Part shown: one piece after another, positions 44,269 through 54,286 of the stretch
Position numbering within the stretch: position 1 is the first letter of the stretch
How the letters are laid out: each line of letters opens with the position of its first letter
Origin: Spirochaetaceae bacterium
GTDB taxonomy: Bacteria; Spirochaetota; Spirochaetia; DSM-2461
Reading direction: 5' to 3'
NCBI GenBank assembly: GCA_051531975.1
Contig: JAOPTT010000009.1
Coordinates: 320,001 to 384,000, forward strand
Length of the DNA: 64,000 nt
Notes under the pieces: generated by a model
Database searches by the model: none
What the model was told of the DNA's origin: nothing
Seen by the model: only the letters and a program-made list of their open reading frames with translations
Translations under genes and position numbers: made by a program

Positions 44269-45323
44269 AAAAAGGATTAAAAATTAAATTTTTAAAGAAC
44301 TTAAAGCCGGATTCCCGATTAGTATATCCACTCATGGCGCTTCTAGCTATCCTTCTATTTAATCTTATTTTTACAGAAGGTTTTTTTCATATAGAAATAA
44401 AAAATGGACACCTTTTTGGATCATTGATTGATATTTTGAATCGAGGGGCTCCAGTAATTTTATTAACTATTGGAATGACATTAGTTTATGCAACAGGAGG
44501 TGTAGATCTATCTGTAGGTGCCGTTATGGCAATCTCTGGGGCTCTTGCTGCTCAGTTGATCAGACCTGACTATGTTAAAGGAATACTTGAATACGGGAGT
44601 CAAACTTCAATAGTGATTGTATTATTAATTCCTATTTTATTATCCATATTATTAGGGTTATGGAATGGTTTCCTTGTAGCATATATAGGAGTACAACCAA
44701 TTATTGCAACCCTTATTTTAATGACAGCAGGCCGTGGAATTGCTCAGTTAATTACCCGTGGGCAAACTATAGTGTTTGAGCATGAACCATTTCAGTTTGT
44801 TGGTAGTGGATTTCTTTTTGGAGTTCCATTTCCAGTTATTATTGTAATAATAATTGCAGTCTTAACATGGTTAATAACTAGAAAAACTTCTTTAGGACTG
44901 TTTATAGAAGCAACTGGATCCAATTCACGTGCCAGTCACTATATGGGATTAAGCGTTAAACTAATAAAATCAATAACTTATGCCTTTTCAGGTTTATGTG
45001 CAGGACTAGCAGGAATAATTGTATGTTCTGATATTAGAGCTGCAGATGCAAATAATGCAGGACTCTTTTTAGAACTGGATGCAATAGCTTCAGTAATAAT
45101 TGGTGGAACTATAAATGGTGGAAGATTTTCAATATTAGGATCAATAATTGGAGCACTGATTATACAAGCTCTATCAACAACTATTATTACAAGAGGTATT
45201 CCTCCACAAGTTGTTCTGGTTTTCAAAGCTTTTATTATTATTATTGTAGCTTTGATACAATCTGAAAAATTACGAGAGAAGATTAAACAACATTTTCCTA
45301 AAGGAGAAAAAAATGAAGCTTAA
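44265..45323 (+). CDS. ytfT: Sugar ABC permease
   Basis: 'GHLFGSLIDIL', 'TGGVDLSVG', 'QPIIATLILM.AGRGIAQL', 'ADANNAGL..ELDAI'. Confidence 0.88.
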   Translation: MKKGLKIKFLKNLKPDSRLVYPLMALLAILLFNLIFTEGFFHIEIKNGHLFGSLIDILNRGAPVILLTIGMTLVYATGGVDLSVGAVMAISGALAAQLIRPDYVKGILEYGSQTSIVIVLLIPILLSILLGLWNGFLVAYIGVQPIIATLILMTAGRGIAQLITRGQTIVFEHEPFQFVGSGFLFGVPFPVIIVIIIAVLTWLITRKTSLGLFIEATGSNSRASHYMGLSVKLIKSITYAFSGLCAGLAGIIVCSDIRAADANNAGLFLELDAIASVIIGGTINGGRFSILGSIIGALIIQALSTTIITRGIPPQVVLVFKAFIIIIVALIQSEKLREKIKQHFPKGEKNEA

Positions 45324-46293
45324 ACTCAACCAAAAGAACATACCTCTTTTTACAACTTTTCTAGTTTTTTTAATTATTTATGCTTCTGGATCAATATTAT
45401 ACAGTGGGTTCTTTTCATTAAGGGTTTTTATTAATTTATTTATAGACAACGCTTTTGTAGGTATAATTGCTGTGGGTATGACTTTTGTTATAATATCCGG
45501 TGGAATAGATCTCTCTGTAGGTTCCTTGGTTGCGTTAACAGGAGTATTAAGTGCAAATTTACTGGCCAATACATCATTAAGCCCTATTTTTGTTATATTA
45601 ATATGCCTCTCTTTTGGTGCTTTATTTGGCTTTACAATGGGATATTTAATACATTATTTAGAGCTACCACCATTTTTAGTAACTCTAGTTGGGATGTTTT
45701 TGGCTAGAGGGTTGTCCTTTGTTATCAGTCTGGACTCTGTTCCAATTCGTGATGAACTATTTCTTAAATTATCACGTATGGCAATCCCACTAGGGAAAGG
45801 TGTCAAAATTCCTTTTATTGCAATTGTCTTTATTTTTATAGTTATACTAGGGGTATATATACTGCATAACACCAAATTTGGACGGAACGTATATGCTATT
45901 GGTGGTAATGAAAAATCAGCTCTTTTAATGGGTTTGCCAATTGGTAAAACTAAAATAATGATTTATACCTTAAACAGTACATTTTGTGCATTAGGTGGAT
46001 TGGTATATTCTATATATACATTGGCTGGTTATCCATTAGCAGGAACAGGTCTTGAACTGGATGTTATTGCTGCAGTCGTTATAGGTGGAACATTATTAAC
46101 TGGTGGAATGGGATTTGTAGAAGGAACATTAATCGGTATTTTAATACTAGGACTTATACAGACAATTATTATTTTTCAGGGTAATTTAAGTTCTTGGTGG
46201 ACCAAAATATTTATAGGAGTTCTTATATCAATGTTTATTCTACTTCAAAGATATTTATCAACTAGAACAATAAAAAAAAAGTCAGATAATTAA
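45313..46293 (+). CDS. yjfF: Sugar ABC permease
   Basis: 'NLFIDNAF', 'SGGIDLSVGS', 'GGNEKSALLMG', 'GTLLTGG', 'SSWWTKI'. Confidence 0.88.
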   Translation: MKLKLNQKNIPLFTTFLVFLIIYASGSILYSGFFSLRVFINLFIDNAFVGIIAVGMTFVIISGGIDLSVGSLVALTGVLSANLLANTSLSPIFVILICLSFGALFGFTMGYLIHYLELPPFLVTLVGMFLARGLSFVISLDSVPIRDELFLKLSRMAIPLGKGVKIPFIAIVFIFIVILGVYILHNTKFGRNVYAIGGNEKSALLMGLPIGKTKIMIYTLNSTFCALGGLVYSIYTLAGYPLAGTGLELDVIAAVVIGGTLLTGGMGFVEGTLIGILILGLIQTIIIFQGNLSSWWTKIFIGVLISMFILLQRYLSTRTIKKKSDN

Positions 46294-46325
46294 TCTATAA
46301 TATCAAAATACCATACTTATTAATT

Positions 46326-46360
46326 AAGAAAGCCACCCTGTTATATAGGTGGCTTCTCTT
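46326..46360. terminator. Bidirectional terminator between yjfF and proS
   Basis: AAGCCACC…GGTGGCTT hairpin with A/T tails. Confidence 0.75.
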
Positions 46361-46379
46361 TTATTTATGTATGAAAATC

Positions 46380-48125
46380 TTAAAGTTTACCAGTAACCCC
46401 AAGTTTCTCTGATTCTATTAGATCTTTTGTATACTGTTGTAATGTCCCTATTAAACCTTCTAAAGGAAGATTTTTATTCTCTTTACCACATCGGGTTTTA
46501 AACTCAACCTCATTTGATTCTAAAGTTTTATCACCTACAATAACTCTTAAAGGAATACCAAAAAGATCGGCGTCTTTAAACTTAGCACCGGCTCTCTCTT
46601 TTTTTCTGTCATCAAATATAACTTCGATTCCAGCTGCTAACATATCTTTATATAACTCTTCAGCTTTAGGTGATGCTTTACTTAAGTTAATTAGATGCAC
46701 ATGGTATGGAGAAACTGACATAGGCCATATAATTCCATTATCGTCGTGGTGTTCCTCTACAATACTTGCTAAAAGTCTACCAATACCAATACCGTAAGAA
46801 CCCATAATTACTGGTTTCTCTTTACCGTCAACATCGTTAAAAACAGCCCCAATAGCCTCAGTATATTTTGTTCCAAGTTTAAAGATATTACCAACTTCTA
46901 CACCTCTAGAGAAGTTTAGTTCAGCTTTACATACAGAACACTTAGCTCCTTGTTCAGCATTTGCAATATCAGTTACAACATTTGCTTTAAAGTCTCTATT
47001 TATTCTAACTCCGGTTAAGTGATAATTTAATCTATTTGCCCCAGCAACGAAGTTTCTATTTTTCTGAATAGTTTCATCAGCAATAATTACGGCATTCTCA
47101 ATTCCTACAGCGGAACCAAATCCTGCAATACAACCATGTGCTTCAATTTCTTCTACTGTAGCGGCTCTTAATTCTTTTGCTTTAATCCCATTTTGAACTT
47201 TAGTTTCGTTTACCTGTAAGTCACCTCTAATCTGAGCAATTACAAATTTTTCAACTTCCTCATGTCCATCTTGGAATGTTCCCATATAAAATACAGCTTT
47301 AACAGTGTCTTTTGCTTCAACATTTAAGAAGTGTGAAACATCCTCAATAGTTTTTGTATCTGGAGTTAAAACTTCTTTTAACTTTTCCTCTTCCTGTTTA
47401 GGAAAAAACTCTTTAGTAAAAGTTGCTACTTCGCTATTTGCAGTATAACCACAATCACATGTAACAAGGCTGTCCTCTCCCATAGAAGTTAAGTACATAA
47501 ACTCATGGGCCATTTTACCACCCATAACACCCATGTCTGAATTAACAGTAATAACTGGAAGCCCACATCTATTAAACATATTAAAATATGCGTGAAAATG
47601 CTCTTCATACTGCTCATCTAATTGTTTCCAGTTTGCAGCAGCAGAATAACTGTCTTTCATTGTAAATTCTCTAACTCTAATTAGACCGGCTCTAGGTCTA
47701 GCATCATCTCTCCATTTTGTCTGAAGTTGATAGATTGTTTGTGGTAATTGTTTATATGATATTATTTCACTTTTCATTAACGTTGCTGCAACCTCTTCGT
47801 GGGTCATGGCTAATACCATATCCCGGCCCCAACGGTCATTAAACTTCGTTAACTCTTTGTCGATTTCGTAGTATCTGTTTGTCTCTTTCCATATATCAGC
47901 AGGATTTATTACAGGCATGGTTATCTCTTGTCCACCAATTTTGTTCATCTCTTCTCTGATAATGTTTTCTATTTTGTTTATTGTACGTTTCGCTATAGGT
48001 AAATAACTATAAATTCCTGCTGCAAGTTGTCTAATAAAACCTGCTCTAACTAAGTACTCAGCACTTGCTGCTTCATCTTTTCCTGTAGGTCGTAAAGTCC
48101 TAGAAAATAACTGACTTTGTCTCAT
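46380..48125 (-). CDS. proS: Proline--tRNA ligase (bacterial type with editing insertion)
   Basis: 'MRQSQLF', 'LAMTHEE', 'RPRAGLIRVREFTMKDSYS', 'EVGNIFKLGTKY', 'MGSYGIG..R', 'GAKFKDADL'. Confidence 0.97.
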   Translation of the reverse strand: MRQSQLFSRTLRPTGKDEAASAEYLVRAGFIRQLAAGIYSYLPIAKRTINKIENIIREEMNKIGGQEITMPVINPADIWKETNRYYEIDKELTKFNDRWGRDMVLAMTHEEVAATLMKSEIISYKQLPQTIYQLQTKWRDDARPRAGLIRVREFTMKDSYSAAANWKQLDEQYEEHFHAYFNMFNRCGLPVITVNSDMGVMGGKMAHEFMYLTSMGEDSLVTCDCGYTANSEVATFTKEFFPKQEEEKLKEVLTPDTKTIEDVSHFLNVEAKDTVKAVFYMGTFQDGHEEVEKFVIAQIRGDLQVNETKVQNGIKAKELRAATVEEIEAHGCIAGFGSAVGIENAVIIADETIQKNRNFVAGANRLNYHLTGVRINRDFKANVVTDIANAEQGAKCSVCKAELNFSRGVEVGNIFKLGTKYTEAIGAVFNDVDGKEKPVIMGSYGIGIGRLLASIVEEHHDDNGIIWPMSVSPYHVHLINLSKASPKAEELYKDMLAAGIEVIFDDRKKERAGAKFKDADLFGIPLRVIVGDKTLESNEVEFKTRCGKENKNLPLEGLIGTLQQYTKDLIESEKLGVTGKL

Positions 48126-48241
48126 AATAATTATTACCTCTCTTAATCTGTAGCTACACACTTCCATAAGTTTAAAGTAGCTATCATTTAGTCCTATTAA
48201 AATAGCACTATAGAGAGGTATCCGTCAAATTTAATCGGGTA

Positions 48242-49474
48242 TTATATATCCTTTTTTACAAAAATAAGAGATGAGATGCAGTTCTTTTCAACTTTCTCTA
48301 TTGACCACTGTCCTTCATCTGTCTCAATTGTTAAACCAGCAGTTGGAAAGTTACCTATTCGCTCAGTTAAATATCCATTAATTGTTTGTGTTCCCATGTC
48401 ATGGGGTATCTCTAAATCTATTATATCTTCTATGTCGTAGAATGATGAATCTCCGGCAACTTTCCAAGTTTTATTATTAAGTTTTATTATTGGAGCTTCT
48501 TCAAACGTTTCATTTTCATCGTACATTTCACCAAATATTTCTTCTAATATATCTTCTCTGGTTACAATACCATCTAGTCCACCATATTCATCTAATACAA
48601 TAGCTATATTTAACTTCTCAATCTTAAATTTTATAAATAGTTCATTAACCTTATTGCTTCCTGGAACAAAAATAGGTTTATGAGAAAAATCCTTAATAGG
48701 GCGTTTTTTATCCTCTTCGCTTAGCTGAACAATATCCTTAAAAAGTATGATCCCTATAATGTTTTCATCGCTATGTTCAAAGATTGGAACTCTAGATTTT
48801 CCTTCAATTAATAATTCCTGAAAAATATCGTTAACACTGAGACTACCATCCAATCGTATAACATCTGTTCTATGGGTCATTATGCCGTGTATAGGAGTAT
48901 CGTTTATTCTAAATACATCTTTAACCATCTGGGATTCATAATCTTCAACTACACCCATTTTTGTACCAGCTTCAACTAAATTAATTAAACTCTCTTCAGT
49001 TATCTGCTGTTTAGGTTTTTTTACAAAAATCTTAGTTAACTGTGTACTGATAGAGGATATAAAAAAGATAAGAGGTTTAAATAATACAGATAAAACCAAG
49101 ATAAAGTTTATGGTTCTATAACAGATAGATTCACTTTTATCTAAAGCGATCTGTTTTGGTGTAACTTCTCCAAATATCAGGATAAACAATATTAGAGCAC
49201 CTGAGCCAAAACCAATATATGCATTACCAAAAATTCTAATGGTAATCATTGTCGTTAAAGTTGTAGCTGCAATATTTACAATGTTATTACCAATTAATAT
49301 TGTAGTCAGAAGTACCTGAGGGTTATTAATTAGCTTTTCAATCTTTAAGCCACGTTTATGATTTCTTTTAATTAGATTTTGAATCGATGATATAGATAAG
49401 GATGTAAATGCTGTCTCTGTACCTGAAAAAAAACTGGAAAGGATAAGTAGTATACCAAGTGCTATTAGATCCAC
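48242..49474 (-). CDS. CNNM/CorC-HlyC family Mg2+/Co2+ transporter ('hemolysin', DUF21+CBS)
   Basis: 'SSFFSGTETA', 'LIGNNIVN', 'FGEVTPK', 'IMTHR', 'SRVPI', 'VLDEYGG..GIVT.EDILEEIFGE'. Confidence 0.92.
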   Translation of the reverse strand: MDLIALGILLILSSFFSGTETAFTSLSISSIQNLIKRNHKRGLKIEKLINNPQVLLTTILIGNNIVNIAATTLTTMITIRIFGNAYIGFGSGALILFILIFGEVTPKQIALDKSESICYRTINFILVLSVLFKPLIFFISSISTQLTKIFVKKPKQQITEESLINLVEAGTKMGVVEDYESQMVKDVFRINDTPIHGIMTHRTDVIRLDGSLSVNDIFQELLIEGKSRVPIFEHSDENIIGIILFKDIVQLSEEDKKRPIKDFSHKPIFVPGSNKVNELFIKFKIEKLNIAIVLDEYGGLDGIVTREDILEEIFGEMYDENETFEEAPIIKLNNKTWKVAGDSSFYDIEDIIDLEIPHDMGTQTINGYLTERIGNFPTAGLTIETDEGQWSIEKVEKNCISSLIFVKKDI

Positions 49475-49545
49475 GTGGCTCTCTCTTTAATTATTAATCC
49501 CATCGAAAGGGGGTCGGGGTCTTCTGTTGTCACTAATTCGTTCAT
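49465..49545 (-). CDS. Putative leaderless 26-aa upstream ORF (MNELVTTEDPDPLSMGLIIKERATWI)
   Basis: Manual translation. ATG lies 7 nt after a TTGAAT-17-TATAAT promoter; its TAA stop falls inside the first codons of the CNNM gene. Confidence 0.4.
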   Translation of the reverse strand: MNELVTTEDPDPLSMGLIIKERATWI

Positions 49546-49645
49546 AAAAATTATTATAGTGTATCTTTTAGGTAGATTCAATATGTTATTTTAATGATAT
49601 CTTTTAGACAAAAATAGCATATCATATTACTTATAGGAGAAACTC

Positions 49646-51178
49646 TTGAAAAACCACAAATTTATAATACCTAAAGTCTCTAGTATGAAATTAAACAATT
49701 CGTTATTTGTATTACAAGAAACAAGTCAAATCTCTGTTTCATGTACACAACTAATTCCTAAAGCTGAGTTATTAGCACTGTATTTAAAGCCTAGTACAGG
49801 TTATAAATTACCTATTTCTGTTGGTAAAAAAGGTGACATTCAACTTATTTTAGAAGGTGATAATAATGAAAATTACATTTTAGAGGTAGGAGAGGGGTTA
49901 ATAGCAATAAAATCTGGATCTTTAAAAGGGATTATTAGAGGTATTATGACTCTAAGACAACTTTTACCAAAACAGATCTTTTCAGATAAAGTTGTAACGG
50001 GTATGACCTGGGAAATTACCGGTTGTCTTATAAAGGATGAACCTAAATTTAAGTGGCGAGGAATGCACTTAGATGTTGGTAGGCATTTTATGGACAAAGA
50101 GGATGTTTGTAAGTTTATTGATACAATTGCTCTATATAAGTTTAATCGATTTCATTTCCATTTAACTGAGGATCAGGGGTGGAGGATAGAGATAAAAAAA
50201 TATCCAAAACTAACAGAGATCGGTTCTACTAGATCATCATCATTAATTGGCTCATTGGAAGATAAACCAAAAAGATATGACGACACTCCACATTTTGGAT
50301 ATTATACCCACGAAGATATAAAAGAGATTGTTAGTTATGCACTATTAAGAGAGATAGAGATTGTCCCAGAAATTGATATGCCTGGACATATGCAGGCGGC
50401 AATAGCGGCTTACCCAGAGTTAGGGTGTACCGATATGACTTTAGAGCCTCTTTGCCATTGGGGAATCTCACAACATATATTAAATGTAGAAGAATCTACT
50501 ATTAACTTCATGAAAGATGTATTAGACGAAGTTATTGAGCTATTCCCTGGGGATTATATTCATATAGGTGGTGATGAAGCTCCAAAGTATGAATGGCAGG
50601 AACAGCGCCGGATTCAAGACCGAATGATAGAATTAGGTCTCAAAAGTGAAGATGAATTACAAAGCTGGTTTATATCCCAGGTTTCTAAGCATATTCAGAG
50701 TAGAGGAAAAAAAGTTATAGGTTGGGATGAGATTTTAGAAGGTGGTTTAGCTGAAGGTGTAGCAGTCATGAGTTGGAGAGGTGAAACTGGTGGAATTGAA
50801 GCTGCTAATTTAGGACATGAAGTAGTTATGACACCAGGGAGTCATGTCTATTTTGATCATTATCAGGATGACCCCAAAACAGAACCATTGGCAATGGGAG
50901 GCTTTACAGACTTAGAGAAAGTATATAATTATAACCCAATTCCAAAAGAACTTTCCAAAGATAAACATCACCTTGTTTTAGGTTCCCAGGGGCAGTTATG
51001 GACAGAGTATATGAAGGATTATAAACAGGTTGAATATATGGCATTCCCAAGAGCGTGTGTATTAGCTGAAGTTTTATGGTCCGATTCAAATAAAGATTAT
51101 TTAGCATTCAAAGAGGTATTAACTGCCCACCAAGATATTCTTAATAATTTAAATGTAGGATACTGCAAGCTTAAATAA
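49646..51178 (+). CDS. beta-N-acetylhexosaminidase (GH20)
   Basis: 'WRGMHLDVGRHF', 'HLTEDQGWR', 'PEIDMPGH', catalytic 'HIGGDEA', 'LWTEY', 'FPR'. Confidence 0.95.
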   Translation: MKNHKFIIPKVSSMKLNNSLFVLQETSQISVSCTQLIPKAELLALYLKPSTGYKLPISVGKKGDIQLILEGDNNENYILEVGEGLIAIKSGSLKGIIRGIMTLRQLLPKQIFSDKVVTGMTWEITGCLIKDEPKFKWRGMHLDVGRHFMDKEDVCKFIDTIALYKFNRFHFHLTEDQGWRIEIKKYPKLTEIGSTRSSSLIGSLEDKPKRYDDTPHFGYYTHEDIKEIVSYALLREIEIVPEIDMPGHMQAAIAAYPELGCTDMTLEPLCHWGISQHILNVEESTINFMKDVLDEVIELFPGDYIHIGGDEAPKYEWQEQRRIQDRMIELGLKSEDELQSWFISQVSKHIQSRGKKVIGWDEILEGGLAEGVAVMSWRGETGGIEAANLGHEVVMTPGSHVYFDHYQDDPKTEPLAMGGFTDLEKVYNYNPIPKELSKDKHHLVLGSQGQLWTEYMKDYKQVEYMAFPRACVLAEVLWSDSNKDYLAFKEVLTAHQDILNNLNVGYCKLK

Positions 51179-51183
51179 GAATA

Positions 51184-51215
51184 CCCCCTTAAAGTTATTT
51201 CCACTTTAAAGGGGG
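51184..51215. terminator. Probable bidirectional terminator
   Basis: CCCCCTTAAAGT…ACTTTAAAGGGGG. Confidence 0.6.
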
Positions 51216-51242
51216 CAGTTCATTTAATACAGCCTTCCTGTT

Positions 51243-52022
51243 TTACATACTTTTGTAATACTGATAAAAGTTCTCTTCAATATCTGCTAAAGATGGCATA
51301 GGAAAATATTTATGTTCATTTTCTGAAGTAAACATAAAGCCATGTCTAATTAATCTTGATGGGAACTCATGGAAAGATGAGTGTAATTTAATACCCTTTG
51401 ATATCTTGTCCGGTGTAGTCATAATTTCTTCTATAGAGTTATCTAAAATAGAAGGATGTACTCCTTGAATTGGAGAAGGCAATAGTGGATTCTCTTTAAA
51501 CTCTTTTTGGAATTCTACTGCGTCAAACTCTATCTGTGTATAGAAAAATTTAGGAGCACCCTTTCTGGTATCTGCCGTTAAGTCATTTCCATAATCTACA
51601 AAAGATTTAGTAGACATTGCTAATATTTTAAGAGGTGTAATCCCTGCAAAAATTTTGAATGCTGAAGGGTTTTTCCCACCTTTATACTCTTGGGATTTTA
51701 GCTCCATGACAGCCCCAGTTGAATTAGCAAGATATAAACTTTTAATTGCACTAAAATCTATATGCTCTAAAACTCTGTAAGAAGATATAAACTTTGTTGA
51801 TTTAGGTCTTCCATCAGCGTGTGGAACAGTTTTTTCTAAAGCCCAGTCAATATCAAAATAAGGGTGTCTAAAGTTTATATCAATCTCAGCAAATATAAGC
51901 TTCCCATTAAAATTCTGATTACTACCTGTTAAGTAGTGTTTTCCCAGTTGCTCAGGGGTTAACCCCGACGCAATCAATATGTTATTCGGATGCAGAACAA
52001 CATAGATATGTTTTTCACTCAT
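51243..52022 (-). CDS. Hypothetical protein with apparent internal duplication
   Basis: 259-aa ORF 3 nt downstream of hppA; no recognisable family motif. Confidence 0.75.
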   Translation of the reverse strand: MSEKHIYVVLHPNNILIASGLTPEQLGKHYLTGSNQNFNGKLIFAEIDINFRHPYFDIDWALEKTVPHADGRPKSTKFISSYRVLEHIDFSAIKSLYLANSTGAVMELKSQEYKGGKNPSAFKIFAGITPLKILAMSTKSFVDYGNDLTADTRKGAPKFFYTQIEFDAVEFQKEFKENPLLPSPIQGVHPSILDNSIEEIMTTPDKISKGIKLHSSFHEFPSRLIRHGFMFTSENEHKYFPMPSLADIEENFYQYYKSM

Positions 52023-52025
52023 GTT

Positions 52026-54086
52026 TTACCCCCAATAATTATTTAACATAGGTGCTATAACTAAAGATATAACAGCCATAAGTTTAATTAAAATGTTTAA
52101 TGATGGACCAGCAGTATCTTTAAATGGATCTCCAACTGTGTCCCCAACAACAGAAGCTTTATATACTTCTTCTGTTTTTTGTATCGTTTTATCAGCTTCA
52201 ATCATTTTTTTAGCATTATCCCAAGCTCCACCTGAGTTTGACATAAACGTTGCCATTAAAACACCAGAAGCTGTAACACCAACTAATAATCCAGCTAACA
52301 TTGCAGGACCACCTGTAAAACCTACAAGAATAGGTGTTACAATTGAAATAATCCCTGGTAACATCATCTTATTAAGTGCAGATTTAGTACTTATATCTAT
52401 ACACTTCATATAATCTGGTGTCTCTGTTCCAAGCATTATACCTTTATGCTCCTTAAACTGTCTTCTAACCTCTTCTATCATGTCAAATGCAGCTTTACCT
52501 ACAGCATCAATAGCCAATGCTGAGAATAGAAAAGGAACCATTGCTCCTATAAATACACCGGATAAAACCATAGTATCCATTAGATCTATAACACCAACAC
52601 CACTTAACTCTTTAAAGGATGCAAATAGGATTATAGATGTTAAAGCTGCAGAACCAATTGCAAAACCTTTACCAATAGCAGCTGTAGTATTTCCAACAGC
52701 ATCTAGTTCATCGGTTCTCTCTCTAACTACCTTAGGGAACTCCGCCATAACAGCAAGTCCTCCAGCATTGTCAGCTATAGGTCCATATGCATCTACTGCT
52801 AACTGAATACTTAAAGTTAATAACATACCTAAAGCACTAATACCAACTCCATAAAACCCTGCTAATTTATGCGAAATTAAAATTGCAGCTACTATTATCA
52901 TTATAGGTGCAACTGTGGACATCATTCCAACACCTAATCCACTAATTATATTTGTAGCAGAACCTGTTTTGCAAGCTGTTACAATTTTTTTTACTGGACC
53001 TGTACCGGTTCCTGTAAACATTTGAGTACTAATTCCGATTGCAACTCCAGCTGCAAGCCCTGTAATTGTAGCAATAAATATATCTAAAAAGTTCGCACCA
53101 TTATTAAATGTCTCACCTTTAAACATAAAATATGCGACAGGTAAAACAAGTAGTGTTGTTAAAATTGCTGCACCAAATGTTCCTGTGTTTAGAGCTGCTT
53201 GTGCTGATTTAGTATCTGTAATTTTTACAAAGAACATTCCTAAAATAGAACACAACGCACCAACACCAACAATTATTAATGGGAAGAATGCTAACTTTAT
53301 CTGCATCTCTCCTGTTGCAATTGCACTGATTCCTAAAATCATGGCACCAACTATTGATCCTACAAAGGATTCAAAAAGGTCAGCTCCCATTCCGGCAACA
53401 TCACCTACATTGTCTCCAACATTATCTGCAATTGTTGCAGGATTTCTTGGGTCGTCTTCTGGAATTCCAGCTTCTACTTTCCCAACTAAATCTGCACCAA
53501 CGTCGGCAGCTTTAGTAAATATACCACCACCAACTCTAGCAAATAGTGCAACTGATGAAGCACCTAATGAATAACCTGTTAAAATAGGGAAGATAGTATC
53601 TCTTAGAGTCGTTCCTTCCATTCCAAAAAACTTTGTTGTTACAAATAAAATAATAAAAAGTCCAAGAAGCGCTAAACCTGTAACAGTTAACCCCATTACT
53701 GAACCACCTCTAAATGCAACCTTTAAAGCGCTGTTTAATCCTTTCTCAGCAGCTGTTGTAGTTCTAGAGTTACTTGCAGTTGCTACCTTCATACCGATAT
53801 AACCTGCTAACCCTGAACAAAAAGCTCCTAAAATAAAACTAACAAACTGTAACTTAATGTAACCCTTATTTCCAATACCTAAAAATAGTGCAACTATAAT
53901 AATAAAGGGTAGTAGTGTTTGATACTCCCTTTTTAAAAATGCCATCGCTCCTTCTGATATGTATCCTGCAATCTCAACCAATTTACCTTCTTTAATAGGT
54001 TGCTTGTAGATCCACTTTGTTCTACTTAGTGCAAAGCCTAACGTGATAATTGCAGTACCAAGGGCGATATAAATAACCCAATCCAT
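52026..54086 (-). CDS. hppA: Membrane-bound K+-dependent, probably Na+-translocating pyrophosphatase
   Basis: '[20 protein letters not shown]', 'EDDPRN', 'DNVGDNVGD', 'GNTTAA' (Ala, K+-dependent type), 'ADLFESF', '[11 protein letters not shown]'. Confidence 0.96.
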   Translation of the reverse strand: MDWVIYIALGTAIITLGFALSRTKWIYKQPIKEGKLVEIAGYISEGAMAFLKREYQTLLPFIIIVALFLGIGNKGYIKLQFVSFILGAFCSGLAGYIGMKVATASNSRTTTAAEKGLNSALKVAFRGGSVMGLTVTGLALLGLFIILFVTTKFFGMEGTTLRDTIFPILTGYSLGASSVALFARVGGGIFTKAADVGADLVGKVEAGIPEDDPRNPATIADNVGDNVGDVAGMGADLFESFVGSIVGAMILGISAIATGEMQIKLAFFPLIIVGVGALCSILGMFFVKITDTKSAQAALNTGTFGAAILTTLLVLPVAYFMFKGETFNNGANFLDIFIATITGLAAGVAIGISTQMFTGTGTGPVKKIVTACKTGSATNIISGLGVGMMSTVAPIMIIVAAILISHKLAGFYGVGISALGMLLTLSIQLAVDAYGPIADNAGGLAVMAEFPKVVRERTDELDAVGNTTAAIGKGFAIGSAALTSIILFASFKELSGVGVIDLMDTMVLSGVFIGAMVPFLFSALAIDAVGKAAFDMIEEVRRQFKEHKGIMLGTETPDYMKCIDISTKSALNKMMLPGIISIVTPILVGFTGGPAMLAGLLVGVTASGVLMATFMSNSGGAWDNAKKMIEADKTIQKTEEVYKASVVGDTVGDPFKDTAGPSLNILIKLMAVISLVIAPMLNNYWG

Positions 54087-54251
54087 TCCGATTTTCTCCT
54101 CTTCGTATAAGTAAAACTAATATTATGTATTAGTTTTGTAACTACTATAACTGATAAATTAGAACAATGCTATTAATTTTTTTAAAAGAATTATAATAAA
54201 ATGTGAATTTAAAACTTCACAATATAGAAATGTCGTTGTATGATTCCTGAT

Positions 54252-54267
54252 GAGCGAATGCTCGCTC
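54252..54267. promoter_or_regulatory. Palindromic operator candidate (TetR-like)
   Basis: GAGCGA-atgc-TCGCTC about 20 nt upstream of the 54287 start. Confidence 0.55.
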
Positions 54268-54286
54268 TATTGAATGGGAGGTTTTT

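Noticed and set aside
48125..48242. T-box riboswitch upstream of proS
   Set aside because: The intergenic region is too short and lacks the T-box consensus and terminator.
54202..54221. Canonical Rex or CRP site
   Set aside because: TGTGA and TCACA are 10 nt apart (8 between TGTGAA and TTCACA), longer than in the CRP (TGTGA-N6-TCACA) or Rex (TTGTGAA-N4-TTCACAA) consensus.
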